28,264 nucleotides of DNA from Arcobacter sp. (GTDB taxonomy: Bacteria > Campylobacterota > Campylobacteria > Campylobacterales > Arcobacteraceae): NCBI GenBank assembly GCA_965662175.1, contig CBFIGT010000018.1:1-28264 (forward strand), read 5' to 3'. Position 1 is the first letter of the stretch, and every line of letters begins with the position of its first letter. A program made the translations under genes and the position numbers. The notes under the pieces are model-generated. The model was not told the DNA's origin and searched no databases. It saw nothing but the letters and a program-made list of their open reading frames with translations. Of this stretch, positions 17,714 to 27,504 are shown piece by piece.

Positions 17714-18544
17714 ATGAATAAAGAAGAATTTTTTATAAAACAGTTTAAAAATAATCATAAAAATATTATTGGTGATGATGGTGCTGTAATTGGTTCATAT
17801 GTTTATAGTATGGATGCTTTTTTTGAAGATGTTCACTTTAAAAGAGAGTGGATGAGTTTAAAGCAAATAGCTAGAAAAGTTATGCTTGTAAATATATCTG
17901 ATGCTATTGTTATGAATGCTATTCCTAAATATGCATTATTAAGTGTGGCTATTCCAAAAGAGTTTTCAAAAGAGGATTTAGAAGAGTTAGCTAAGGGGTT
18001 TAAAAATATTGCTAAAAAGTTTGGAATAAAAATAATAGGTGGAGATACAATATCAAATATAAAACTTGATATTTCTGTAACCATAATTTCAAAAACAAAA
18101 AAAGCTATTTTTAGAAAAGGTTTAAATAAAGATGATTTTATTTGTTATACGGGTGAACTTGGAAGCTGTAAAAAAGATTTAGAGGCTTTATTTAGAAAAG
18201 AAGAGATTTCAAAAAACTCTAAATTTATTAAGCCAAAATTAAAAGCTGATTTTTTTTATGAAATTGCACCATATATTACAACTGCTATGGATATTTCAGA
18301 TGGTCTGTTTTTTGAGTTAGAGAGACTATCAAAAGCTAATAAACTGGGATTTAAATTTTTTGAAAAAATAGATAAAGAGATTGGCTGCTCTGGTGAAGAG
18401 TATGAAATTTTATTTTCATTTTCAAAAGATAATAAAAAAACAATAGAGACTATTGCAAAAAAACATAATGTTAATTTAAATATTTTTGCTAAAGCAATAA
18501 ATGGAAACTACAAATGTGATTGTAAAAATCACCACTTCAACTAA
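17714..18544 (+). CDS. thiL: Thiamine-monophosphate kinase
   Basis: IGDDGAV, EDVHF, NISDAIVMNA, IIGGDT, MDISDGL and SGEEYEILF. Confidence 0.94.
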   Translation: MNKEEFFIKQFKNNHKNIIGDDGAVIGSYVYSMDAFFEDVHFKREWMSLKQIARKVMLVNISDAIVMNAIPKYALLSVAIPKEFSKEDLEELAKGFKNIAKKFGIKIIGGDTISNIKLDISVTIISKTKKAIFRKGLNKDDFICYTGELGSCKKDLEALFRKEEISKNSKFIKPKLKADFFYEIAPYITTAMDISDGLFFELERLSKANKLGFKFFEKIDKEIGCSGEEYEILFSFSKDNKKTIETIAKKHNVNLNIFAKAINGNYKCDCKNHHFN

Positions 18545-18553
18545 GGAAAAACA

Positions 18554-19642
18554 TTGGAAGAAAATACGCAATTAAATAGACACAATTTACAATATTACTT
18601 AAATCACTCAAAAATTGATGTGGTTTTTAAACAAAGTAAAGATGATTTTGTTGTTACAGAGATACCTTTATATGAGTTTACAGGTGAGGGTGAGCATATT
18701 ATAGTAAAGCTTAGAAAAAAAGATTTATCAACTTGGGATGCTTTACAGATTTTAGCTGATTCACTTGGTTGTAAAATCAGAGATATTGGATATGCAGGTT
18801 TAAAAGATAAAAATGCGATGACAATACAGCACTTATCTATTCCAAAACAGTTTGAAGAGAAATTAAATAGTTTTACCCATGATAATATTAAAATACTTGA
18901 AACAACATACCATAATAATAAACTAAGAATTGGACATTTAAAAGGAAATAAGTTTTTTATTAGACTTAAAAGAGTCTCTGTTATGGATGCAAAAAAAATA
19001 GAACAAGTTGTATCAAAAATAGCTAACTTTGGAATACCAAACTATTTTGGTTTTCAAAGATTTGGTTCTTATGGAGATAATCATATTAAAGGTCAAGATA
19101 TTGTTGAGGGAAAACTAAAAGAGAGAAAAAGAAATTTAAAGCAAATGTACTTAAATGCTTATCAAAGTTATCTTTTTAACTCTTGGTTATCTAAAAGAGT
19201 TGAAATATCTAAACTTATTGATGCTTTTGAGCCTAAAGAGATTTGTGATAAATTATCTCTTCCTTTAGATCTTGTAAAACAAATGAAAGCACAAGCTCAC
19301 CCTTTTAAAATGTTACCTGGTGAACTTATGAGTCATTACCCTTTTGGAAAAATTTTTATTGCTGAAAATTTAGCAGAAGAGGCTGATAAGTTTTATAAAA
19401 GAGATAGAGTACCAACAGGTTTACTTCCAGGTAAAAGAGTAAAACAAAGTGATGGTTTAGCCTTAGAATTTGAAAAAGAGTTTGATAAAAAAACTTTGGA
19501 AGATGGTGGAAGAAGATTTGCATGGATTTTCCCTGATGAAGTTGAATCAAATTATAAAGAAGAAAAGAATTGGTTTGAACTAAGTTTTACCTTGCCTAAA
19601 GGCTCTTATGCAACGCAAGTTATTTCAGAAATTGTGCATTAA
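18554..19642 (+). CDS. truD: tRNA pseudouridine(13) synthase
   Basis: DFVVTEIPLY, GYAGLKDKNAMTIQ, GHLKGNKFFIRL, PNYFGFQRFG and FTLPKGSYAT. Confidence 0.96.
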   Translation: MEENTQLNRHNLQYYLNHSKIDVVFKQSKDDFVVTEIPLYEFTGEGEHIIVKLRKKDLSTWDALQILADSLGCKIRDIGYAGLKDKNAMTIQHLSIPKQFEEKLNSFTHDNIKILETTYHNNKLRIGHLKGNKFFIRLKRVSVMDAKKIEQVVSKIANFGIPNYFGFQRFGSYGDNHIKGQDIVEGKLKERKRNLKQMYLNAYQSYLFNSWLSKRVEISKLIDAFEPKEICDKLSLPLDLVKQMKAQAHPFKMLPGELMSHYPFGKIFIAENLAEEADKFYKRDRVPTGLLPGKRVKQSDGLALEFEKEFDKKTLEDGGRRFAWIFPDEVESNYKEEKNWFELSFTLPKGSYATQVISEIVH

Positions 19643-19734
19643 ATAATAAATTATTTTTTAATTGCTTAAGCTTTTATCTGATAAACTTAAACAGATAGTA
19701 ATAAATACCGTCTATTTTTAATAAAAGGTTTATT

Positions 19735-20061
19735 ATGAATTATGAAGAAATTGTTGCAGAATTAGACGCTGTAGTGAAAAACTCAGAAAAAGCCGGTGTT
19801 ACTGTTATTGATAAACTTGAAGAGGCTTTATCTTTAACAGAAAATAAAGAGGCCTATGATTTAATATTTAGTGTTATGGGTATGATTCAAGAAGAAGACC
19901 TTTTAAGACAAAAAGTTGAAAGGGTTATGAACTCAATTTGTCAAGTGCAAGGAATTGATGCTTCAAAATATAATATTGCACCATCTGCAAAGCATATTTC
20001 AGGGGATAATTATGATGAGATGTCCCAAGAAGAGATTGATAATCTCTTCAAAAATAAATAA
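19735..20061 (+). CDS. Short CheZ-like protein
   Basis: IQEEDLLRQKVERV resembles the CheZ DxxxQ catalytic helix. C-terminal MSQEEIDNLF resembles the CheY-binding tail. Confidence 0.55.
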   Translation: MNYEEIVAELDAVVKNSEKAGVTVIDKLEEALSLTENKEAYDLIFSVMGMIQEEDLLRQKVERVMNSICQVQGIDASKYNIAPSAKHISGDNYDEMSQEEIDNLFKNK

Positions 20062-20075
20062 AAAGTTTTAACTTT

Positions 20076-22262
20076 TTATTTATTTGATACATCTCTTTTT
20101 AGTTTGTTAAGTGTTCCAAAAATTCTAAGTGATTCAATCTCTACTTGTTTAGCTTTTTCATTAAGAGTAGAATTACTCTCTTTATTTGCATTTGCATCAA
20201 TTAAATCTTGAAGTTTTAGAGCGAAACTTCTATTTAACTCTTTTAATGTCTTAATAGCATCTGTAGAAACTTTGATATCACCATTTTCAAAATCATTTAT
20301 AAAGTTTGATAAAGCCATAGAGTTTTTAGCTTCCCATTTTTTATATGTTCCTAGTTTTGAATAAACTTCATCTTTTATACCTAAAATTCCAACTTTTACT
20401 TTTGCAGTATCATAAACTAAATCTACATTAGAAACCTCTTCTCTTGATTCAGGAAGAAAGCTAGCTCTTGATGCTGCTGTTACAAGTGAGCTTGACATAC
20501 TAGCAATTTGAGCTGACATATGTGAAATTTCATCGGCAACACTTGCATTTTGTTGAGTAGCTCTATCTAAAGTTGTAATAGCATCATTAATTTGACTAAT
20601 ACCACTCTCTTGCTCTCTAGAAGCTGTTGCTACATTTTCAATCATCTCAATTGTATCAGAGATATTTTGATTAAGTTCATTGTATCCATCAATCATTTTA
20701 GAAGAGATATCTTTACCTTGAGAAGCTTTAGCAGTAGCTGCTTCAACTATTTTTTTTATCTCTTTAGCAGCTTCGGCACTTCTTGAAGCTAGATTTCTAA
20801 CCTCTTGAGCAACTACTGCAAATCCTTTTCCAGCTTCACCTGCGGTTGCTGCTTCAACAGCTGCGTTTAGTGAAAGAATATTTGTTTGGAAAGCTATTTG
20901 GTCAATTACTTCAATTGCTTCATTAATAGAGCTAACTTGCTTATTTATATCTTCCATTGATTGTGCTGTTTGTGTTGCTAACTCTTGTCCACTTTTTGCT
21001 GAAATTGTTACATTTTGTGCTAACTTATTCATTTTTGCAGCAGCTTCATTTGTACCTTGAATATTTGCTGTTATCTCTTCAAGAGCAGCTGCTGTCTCTT
21101 CTAAAGATGCTGCTTGTTGATTTGAAGAAACAGATAAGTTACTAGCTGCTGTTGATAGTGTTTGTGTATTTTGATTTAAGGCATCACCTGTATTCATTAT
21201 CATTGCTAAAATTTCAGATGTATTATTTCCTACTAGTTTAATTCCAGCTGTTAGTGAACCTAAATCTCCATAAATACCTATATCATCAATTTTATAATCA
21301 AATCTAGATTCTGAGTACTCTTTTAATGTTTTATTAATCTTATTTAATGTGTCTCTTGTGCTTAAAATCATTGTGTTAAGTTTATTTTTTAAATCTTCAA
21401 CATGTGGATTTGAGGCTTGGGATTTTACATCATATACAAAGAAACCATTTCCTGTTTTTTCTAAAACATCATTTGCCTCTTCAATAACTTTTTCATCCCG
21501 TTTTAGACCCTCTCTTACCTTATCCATGTAAGTATTAAATAAATCAGCAACCTCTGCAATTTCATCTTTTGAGCTTACTTCTAATCTAATATTTGTATCA
21601 TTTGAATGAATTAGGTTTGTAAAGCCATTTTTTAATGATTGTATTGGACTAGTTGCTTTTTTTACTAATATAAAAATCAAGATTAAAGTAATGGCACCAA
21701 GAATTAAAGATGTTAGTGAAATACTTAAAACTAAATCTATAAGTCTGTCATCTGATTCTTGAAGTGAAAATGTTAAGTCCATAACACCAATTACATCACC
21801 AACTTGTTGATTTGCATGACACATTAGACACTCTTGCTCTGCAATCATTGGCTTTATCATTCTTAATTCATGTGTGCCATTTTCTATTGTTTCTAAGATT
21901 TGTTGTTTTTTAGTATCAAATGAGACTAATATATCTTTATCATCTGTAAATTCAGAGTCAGGAGAGTACATTTCTATTAGGGGTTTACTCTTGGCAACTG
22001 TTAAATTACTCACACCCTTTATATTTCTAGCATCCTCTTCAGCTTTTTGAATTGTATTAACATCACCTGTAGCCATTGCATTTCTAAGACTTTGAAACAT
22101 TGCTGTGTTTAGCATCTCAAGATTTTCTTTAGTGATTGCAATAGAATCTTTCTTTACTTGAGAGGTACTAAAATAAACAACAGCTATACTACTAATTGAC
22201 ATTAAAATTAGCAAAGCAAAAATTATTTTGTTGCTAATTTTTTTTGAGATAAATTCAAACAT
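20076..22262 (-). CDS. Methyl-accepting chemotaxis protein with a periplasmic c-type heme motif
   Basis: Two TM helices, CLMCH at 21816-21830, HAMP and the signalling tip [37 protein letters not shown]. Confidence 0.95.
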   Translation of the reverse strand: MFEFISKKISNKIIFALLILMSISSIAVVYFSTSQVKKDSIAITKENLEMLNTAMFQSLRNAMATGDVNTIQKAEEDARNIKGVSNLTVAKSKPLIEMYSPDSEFTDDKDILVSFDTKKQQILETIENGTHELRMIKPMIAEQECLMCHANQQVGDVIGVMDLTFSLQESDDRLIDLVLSISLTSLILGAITLILIFILVKKATSPIQSLKNGFTNLIHSNDTNIRLEVSSKDEIAEVADLFNTYMDKVREGLKRDEKVIEEANDVLEKTGNGFFVYDVKSQASNPHVEDLKNKLNTMILSTRDTLNKINKTLKEYSESRFDYKIDDIGIYGDLGSLTAGIKLVGNNTSEILAMIMNTGDALNQNTQTLSTAASNLSVSSNQQAASLEETAAALEEITANIQGTNEAAAKMNKLAQNVTISAKSGQELATQTAQSMEDINKQVSSINEAIEVIDQIAFQTNILSLNAAVEAATAGEAGKGFAVVAQEVRNLASRSAEAAKEIKKIVEAATAKASQGKDISSKMIDGYNELNQNISDTIEMIENVATASREQESGISQINDAITTLDRATQQNASVADEISHMSAQIASMSSSLVTAASRASFLPESREEVSNVDLVYDTAKVKVGILGIKDEVYSKLGTYKKWEAKNSMALSNFINDFENGDIKVSTDAIKTLKELNRSFALKLQDLIDANANKESNSTLNEKAKQVEIESLRIFGTLNKLKRDVSNK

Positions 22263-22347
22263 ATTGAAACCTTAATCTTTAAGTTTGATTATTATATAAT
22301 TAAATCTATTTATAAACAATAAAAAATTAAAGAGATTTTAAAAAATA

Positions 22348-22908
22348 ATGATAGTCGGCATAAAAGGTAAGATAGAAAAAAAAGAGCCAACATTACTACA
22401 TATTAATGTAAGTGGCCTAGTATATGAAGTACATGTATCAATAAACTGTAGTTCTAAGATTACAGAAAATAATGTTTCTTTGCATACTACATATATTATA
22501 CGAGAAGATTCTCAAACGCTTTATGGATTTTTGGATATTAATGAGAAAAAACTCTTCGATACTGTAATAAAAATAAATGGAGTTGGTCCTAAAGTTGCAC
22601 TTGCAATTTGCTCAACTTTTACACCTAGTTCTTTTTCTCAAATAGTTAGTTCAAATGATATCTCTATGTTAAAAAGAGTCCCTGGTATTGGTCCTAAAGG
22701 TGCTAGTAGGATTTTAGTTGAACTCTCTGGTTTTGTTATTGATGGAAATAGTGATGATGATTCATCCTCTTCAAATGTTTTAGAAGCTTCATTGGCCTTA
22801 GAATCATTAGGTTTCAAAAAAGATGTTATTACAAAAATATTAAATAGTTGTACAGCAACAAATACAAGTGATTTGGTAAAAGAAGCACTTAAAAAATTAC
22901 AAAAATAG
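22348..22908 (+). CDS. ruvA: Holliday junction branch migration protein RuvA
   Basis: [11 protein letters not shown], HhH motifs [10 protein letters not shown] and [12 protein letters not shown], and ALESLGF. Confidence 0.96.
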   Translation: MIVGIKGKIEKKEPTLLHINVSGLVYEVHVSINCSSKITENNVSLHTTYIIREDSQTLYGFLDINEKKLFDTVIKINGVGPKVALAICSTFTPSSFSQIVSSNDISMLKRVPGIGPKGASRILVELSGFVIDGNSDDDSSSSNVLEASLALESLGFKKDVITKILNSCTATNTSDLVKEALKKLQK

Positions 22909-22928
22909 ATTTAAAAGGTTAGATAATA

Positions 22929-23963
22929 ATGAAAATTGCTATAGTTTTTGGTGGAAGTAGTTATGAGCATGAGATTTCAATTGTTTCAGCAATTGCAATG
23001 AAAGATGTAATAAAAAGTGAATTAGAGTATATATTTTTAGATGAAAATAGAGATTTTTATCATATTCCTACAAAAACAATCAAATCAAAACTTTTTTCAA
23101 CAGGTGAATACAAAAAGTGCGATAAATTAACAATTAAAAAAGGTTGCTTTTCAAAAAAAGCTATGTTTGGCGAAAAAAATGTTGATTTTGATATTGCATT
23201 AAATCTAATTCATGGTGGAGATGGTGAAGATGGAATTATTGCTTCACTTTTTGAGTTCTATGATATTAAATTTATAGGTCCTAGAGTTGGAGCTTGTAGT
23301 GTGAGTTTTAATAAGTTTTTAACAAAAGGTTATGCTTCTTCACTTGATATTAAAACAATAGATTATAAATATTTTACAAAAGATGATGAAATTAGTGTGA
23401 CTGAATTTCCTGTAATTGTAAAACCTGTGACATTGGGTAGTTCTATTGGAGTTAGTATTGTAAAATCAGCTGATGAATTATCTTATGCTTTGGATGTGGC
23501 ATTTGAGTTTGATAACGCTGTTTTAATAGAAAAATTTATTCCTAATATAAAAGAGTACAACTTAGCTGGTTGTAAAATAGCAAATGAGATAAACTACTCT
23601 ATTATTGAAGAGCCACAAAAAAAAGAGTTTTTGGACTTTGATAAAAAATATCTTGATTTTGCAAGAACAGAGAGAGTAAATGTAGCTGATATTGACGATA
23701 GTTTAAAAGCAAAACTAGAAAAATCTTTTGAGACTATTTATAACACTACTTTTGATGGTGCTTTGATTAGATGTGATTTTTTTGTGATTGATGATGAAGT
23801 TTATTTAAATGAAATCAATCCAATACCAGGTTCTATGGCTAACTATTTATTTGAAAATTTTGATACTACAATTAAATCTTTAGGAAAAAATATAAAACTT
23901 AGAGATAAAATCAAAATCTCATATGAGTATGTAAATAAAATTCAATCGGCAAAAGGTAAATAA
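22929..23963 (+). CDS. ddl: D-alanine--D-alanine ligase
   Basis: FGGSSYEHEISIVSA, HGGDGEDG, VKPVTLGSSIGV and YLNEINPIPGS. Confidence 0.96.
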   Translation: MKIAIVFGGSSYEHEISIVSAIAMKDVIKSELEYIFLDENRDFYHIPTKTIKSKLFSTGEYKKCDKLTIKKGCFSKKAMFGEKNVDFDIALNLIHGGDGEDGIIASLFEFYDIKFIGPRVGACSVSFNKFLTKGYASSLDIKTIDYKYFTKDDEISVTEFPVIVKPVTLGSSIGVSIVKSADELSYALDVAFEFDNAVLIEKFIPNIKEYNLAGCKIANEINYSIIEEPQKKEFLDFDKKYLDFARTERVNVADIDDSLKAKLEKSFETIYNTTFDGALIRCDFFVIDDEVYLNEINPIPGSMANYLFENFDTTIKSLGKNIKLRDKIKISYEYVNKIQSAKGK

Positions 23964-23966
23964 TCC

Positions 23967-24686
23967 TTGGCTTTAAAAACTATAAAATATGATAATAAAA
24001 GTTTTGATATTAGCTATGAAATAGTTAATCCCTCTTTAAAAAAAGATATTGTTATTTTACATGGTTGGGGCTCAAATAAAGATATTATGAGCTCAGTTTT
24101 TAAAAATCATTTAGAGACTTTTAGACAAATATATATTGATTTACCTGGATTTGGAAAAAGTTCAAACCCTTATATTTTAACTACAGATGATTATGTAAAT
24201 ATTACTGATAAATTTTTACAAGAGATAAATGCTTCAAAAGAGTCAATAGTTGGTCACTCATATGGTGGAAAAGTTGCTGTAAAATTAAATCCAAAAAATT
24301 TGATACTTTTAAGTAGTGCTGGAATTTTAGAAGAAAAATCTAAAAAAGTAAAAATAAAAATCAAAATAGCCAAGTTTTTTAATGCCATTGGTTTAGGTGG
24401 TCTTACAAAACTATTTAGAAGTAGTGATGTAAGTAATATGAGTCAAAATATGTATGAGACTTTTAAAAATGTAGTAAATGAAGATTTTTCAAAAGAGTTT
24501 GAAAACTACAGTGGAAAAGCTTTTATATTTTGGGGTGAAGAGGATAGTGCAACTTCTTTAGAATCAGGAATAAAAATATCAAAACTAATAAAAAATAGTG
24601 AATTTAAATCATATAAAGGAAATCACTACTTTTTTGTAGAAAATGCAAAAGATATAAGTGAAAGATTGGAAAATGGAATACTTTAA
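23967..24686 (+). CDS. Alpha/beta fold hydrolase
   Basis: LHGWG, DLPGFGKS, nucleophile motif GHSYGG and catalytic His in GNHYFF. Confidence 0.92.
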   Translation: MALKTIKYDNKSFDISYEIVNPSLKKDIVILHGWGSNKDIMSSVFKNHLETFRQIYIDLPGFGKSSNPYILTTDDYVNITDKFLQEINASKESIVGHSYGGKVAVKLNPKNLILLSSAGILEEKSKKVKIKIKIAKFFNAIGLGGLTKLFRSSDVSNMSQNMYETFKNVVNEDFSKEFENYSGKAFIFWGEEDSATSLESGIKISKLIKNSEFKSYKGNHYFFVENAKDISERLENGIL

Positions 24687-26109
24687 TATATTTACACATA
24701 TAGTTCTAGTGATGAGTTTAGGTTGGTATTTAATTACTAACTTACAGTGGTATAGTTATAAAATTGAGAGAGTTATTTTTAAACACCACAAGCTAAATTG
24801 GCATATTATATATTTTGCAAAACCTTTTGTTTTATATTATCTATTACCCTCATTATATTTTTTAATCTATTTTTATGCTTTATATTTACCTCTTTTAGTT
24901 TTATGGAATATGAAACTTGATAAGCCTTTGGTTTTAACTTCAAGAGTTCAAAGATTTTTAGCTTTACTTCTTTTTATTACATTTTGTGTAAATTTACTCT
25001 GTTTTGCAAGTGAAACCTGTAAAACTGTTGGGATTTTTATTCCTTTATTGTTGGCTTATCTTGTATCTTTTGCTTTGGAGAGAATATTCTTTATCTCTTT
25101 TAAAAGTAAAGCAAAGAAAAAACTAAAATCAATGAAAAACTTAACAATAGTTGCAATAACAGCTTCATATGGAAAAACATCAATCAAAAACTATCTTCAT
25201 CAGATTTTAAAAACAAAATATAATGCATATAAAACTCCAAGAAGTGTAAATACGCTAGCTGGTTTGGTTTTAGATGTAAATAGAGATTTGCCTGAAAATA
25301 GTGAAATATATATTGCAGAAGCTGGTGCTAGAATGCAAGGGGATATTGAAGAGATTACTATGTTTTTAGAACAACACTACTCAATTTTGGGTCAAGTTGG
25401 TGAACAGCATATTGAGTATTTTAAAACATTAGATAATATTATTCATACAAAGATGGAGATTTTAAAATCGCCAAGAATGAAAAAAGCCTTTGTCCATGAA
25501 TCTGTTCCTATGAAAAAATATGACACAATAGTTAAATTTCCAAATAATTTAAATGTAACTATGAGCAATCTTGATGGTATTTGGTTTGATTTAGAAATTG
25601 ATGGAAAACAAGAGCATTTTCATGCACCAATTTTAGGAAGTTTCAATGCTGTAAATTTAGCAGCTTGTATTCTTATGGCAAAAGAGCTTGGTATGAGTAT
25701 TGAACAAATCAAAATAGCCTTAGATAAAATAAAGCCAGTTGAACATAGACTTCAAAAAATAGAAGCAGGTGGAAAAATTATAATAGATGATAGTTTCAAT
25801 GGAAACTTTGAGGGTATGATTGAGGCTGTAAATATTTGTAGTGAGTATGAGGGAAGAAAAGTAATCATAACACCAGGACTTGTTGAATCAACTGATGAAT
25901 CAAATATTTTACTTGCAAAAGAGATTGATAAATATTTTGATGTAGTTATTTTAACAGGTTCTTTAAATACACATCTTTTTAGTGATAATATTGATAAATC
26001 AAAACAGTATATCTTAAAAGATAAATCAAAAATGGAAGAGATATTAGCTGAAAAAACAAGAGCAGGTGATTTAATTCTTTTTGCAAATGATGCACCGAAT
26101 TTTATTTAA
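24673..26109 (+). CDS. murF: Mur ligase, UDP-MurNAc-tripeptide--D-Ala-D-Ala ligase type with N-terminal TM region (start probably ATG 24673)
   Basis: ITASYGKTS, TPRSVNT, IAEAGAR, HRLQ and IIDDSFNGN. The ddl-hydrolase-murF order matches Campylobacter/Helicobacter. Confidence 0.85.
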   Translation: MEYFNIFTHIVLVMSLGWYLITNLQWYSYKIERVIFKHHKLNWHIIYFAKPFVLYYLLPSLYFLIYFYALYLPLLVLWNMKLDKPLVLTSRVQRFLALLLFITFCVNLLCFASETCKTVGIFIPLLLAYLVSFALERIFFISFKSKAKKKLKSMKNLTIVAITASYGKTSIKNYLHQILKTKYNAYKTPRSVNTLAGLVLDVNRDLPENSEIYIAEAGARMQGDIEEITMFLEQHYSILGQVGEQHIEYFKTLDNIIHTKMEILKSPRMKKAFVHESVPMKKYDTIVKFPNNLNVTMSNLDGIWFDLEIDGKQEHFHAPILGSFNAVNLAACILMAKELGMSIEQIKIALDKIKPVEHRLQKIEAGGKIIIDDSFNGNFEGMIEAVNICSEYEGRKVIITPGLVESTDESNILLAKEIDKYFDVVILTGSLNTHLFSDNIDKSKQYILKDKSKMEEILAEKTRAGDLILFANDAPNFI

Positions 26110-26132
26110 GCTTTTGGCCTAAATAAAATTCG

Positions 26133-26161
26133 AATGAAAAATGAAAAGTTAAAAATGAAAA
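26133..26161 (+). repeat. Left 7-bp tandem array (ATGAAAA x4, third unit degenerate)
   Basis: ATGAAAA ATGAAAA GTTAAAA ATGAAAA at 26134-26161. It is the inverse complement of the array after the gene. Confidence 0.85.
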
Positions 26162-26511
26162 ATATCTTGAAAGATAAATCTTATCTCTTTGCAATTAGAA
26201 TTGTAAAATTAACTAAATATTTGCAAGAAGAAAAAAAAGAGTTTATACTTTCAAATCAAGTTTTAAGAAGTGGCACTTCTATTGGTGCTTTGATAGCAGA
26301 ATCAGAATTTGCACAATCTAAAGCTGATTTTATATCAAAACTTTATATTGCATTAAAAGAAGCAAATGAAACAAAATATTGGTTAGATTTATTAAAAGAT
26401 AGTGAATATATAAATATTAATATGCATAAAAGTATTGAACCTAATATAAAAGAATTAATTAGTATACTAGTAACTAGTATAAAAACATCAAAGGAAAATA
26501 ATGCAAACTAA
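26134..26511 (+). CDS. Four helix bundle protein (23S rRNA IVP / Avd-like family); start probably ATG 26155
   Basis: KSYLFAIRIV, LSNQVLRSGTSIGALIAES, QSKADFISKLYIALKEANETKYWLDLL. Confidence 0.92.
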   Translation: MKNEKLKMKNILKDKSYLFAIRIVKLTKYLQEEKKEFILSNQVLRSGTSIGALIAESEFAQSKADFISKLYIALKEANETKYWLDLLKDSEYININMHKSIEPNIKELISILVTSIKTSKENNAN

Positions 26512-26540
26512 CTTTTCATTTTTCATTTTTCATTTTTCAT
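26509..26540 (+). repeat. Right 7-bp tandem array (TTTTCAT x4)
   Basis: TAAC followed by four perfect TTTTCAT units at 26513-26540. 26509-26527 is the exact reverse complement of 26133-26151. Confidence 0.9.
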
Positions 26541-26562
26541 TTATTTCTCAGGGAGAAATATA

Positions 26563-27054
26563 GTGGAAAGAATATATGCACCTTGGCGATTTGAGTATGT
26601 TACTGAGGATAAGATTGAGGGATGTGTATTTTGTCATATTGGAAAAAACTCTCAAGATGATGAGAAACTAGGAGTTATATTTAGAGATAAAAACTCTTAT
26701 GTTGTTATGAATAAATATCCATACTCTCCAGGTCATATTATGGTAATACCTTATTTTCATACTGATAAAATAGAAGAGCTTGATGATGAAGTTTGGATTG
26801 AGATGAGTATAAGAGTAAAACAAGCTACAAAGATGCTAAAAGAGTTACTTAATGCTGAGGGTGTGAATTTGGGTATGAACTTAAGTAAAGCTGCAGGTGC
26901 TGGTATTGCTGAACATGTACACTATCATGCAGTTCCAAGATGGCTTGGTGATACAAATTTTATTACAACTGTTGGGCATACTAGAGTTTATCCTGTAGAT
27001 TTTCATAAACTATATGAAAAATTAAAAAACAATGCTTCAAAATATTTTATTTAA
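26563..27054 (+). CDS. HIT domain protein
   Basis: IYAPWR, CVFC, MNKYPYSPGHIMVIP and AAGAGIAEHVHYHAVPRW (HxHxH). Confidence 0.94.
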   Translation: MERIYAPWRFEYVTEDKIEGCVFCHIGKNSQDDEKLGVIFRDKNSYVVMNKYPYSPGHIMVIPYFHTDKIEELDDEVWIEMSIRVKQATKMLKELLNAEGVNLGMNLSKAAGAGIAEHVHYHAVPRWLGDTNFITTVGHTRVYPVDFHKLYEKLKNNASKYFI

Positions 27055-27065
27055 ATAGGTAGAAA

Positions 27066-27419
27066 ATGATAACAAGAAAAATAGTAAATGAAAAGATGAG
27101 TAGAATCGTTGAGTATAATGGCACAATTTATTTAGCTGGAATAGTATCTGATGACAAAGAGTTAGATATAAAAGTTCAAGCTAAAAGAGCTCTTGAGATT
27201 GCTGATGAAAGATTTAAAGAAGCTGGTACTAGTAAATCTCAAATATTAAGAGCTGAAATTTTTTTAAAAGATATTTATAGAGATTTTAATGATTTCAATG
27301 AAGTATGGAAAGAGTGGATTCCAAGTGATGATAAACCAGCACGTTCTTGTGTTGAAGCTAATATGGCAAGTCATAATACATTAGTTGAAATTGTTTTTAC
27401 AGCAGCAAAAGTTTTGTAA
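27066..27419 (+). CDS. RidA/YjgF family protein (YoaB-like)
   Basis: MSRIVEYNGTIYLAG, AGTSKSQIL, NEVW, PARSCVEA and LVEI. Confidence 0.9.
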   Translation: MITRKIVNEKMSRIVEYNGTIYLAGIVSDDKELDIKVQAKRALEIADERFKEAGTSKSQILRAEIFLKDIYRDFNDFNEVWKEWIPSDDKPARSCVEANMASHNTLVEIVFTAAKVL

Positions 27420-27504
27420 GTTTAAATAAATAAATTACATCATTTTTCTTCTTGAAGTATAATTTATGCATAGTATTATTTCAAAATAGATTTGGGAGTG
27501 TGTT

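Noticed and set aside
26463..26481. Palindrome TATACTAGT-A-ACTAGTATA inside the four-helix-bundle gene
   Set aside because: It is short, AT-rich and coding. It cannot be told from chance without comparative data.
26134..26511. Diversity-generating retroelement, because the protein is Avd-like
   Set aside because: The window has no reverse transcriptase and no template/variable repeat pair.
26513..26540. CRISPR array
   Set aside because: These are contiguous 7-bp units without spacers, and no cas genes are present.
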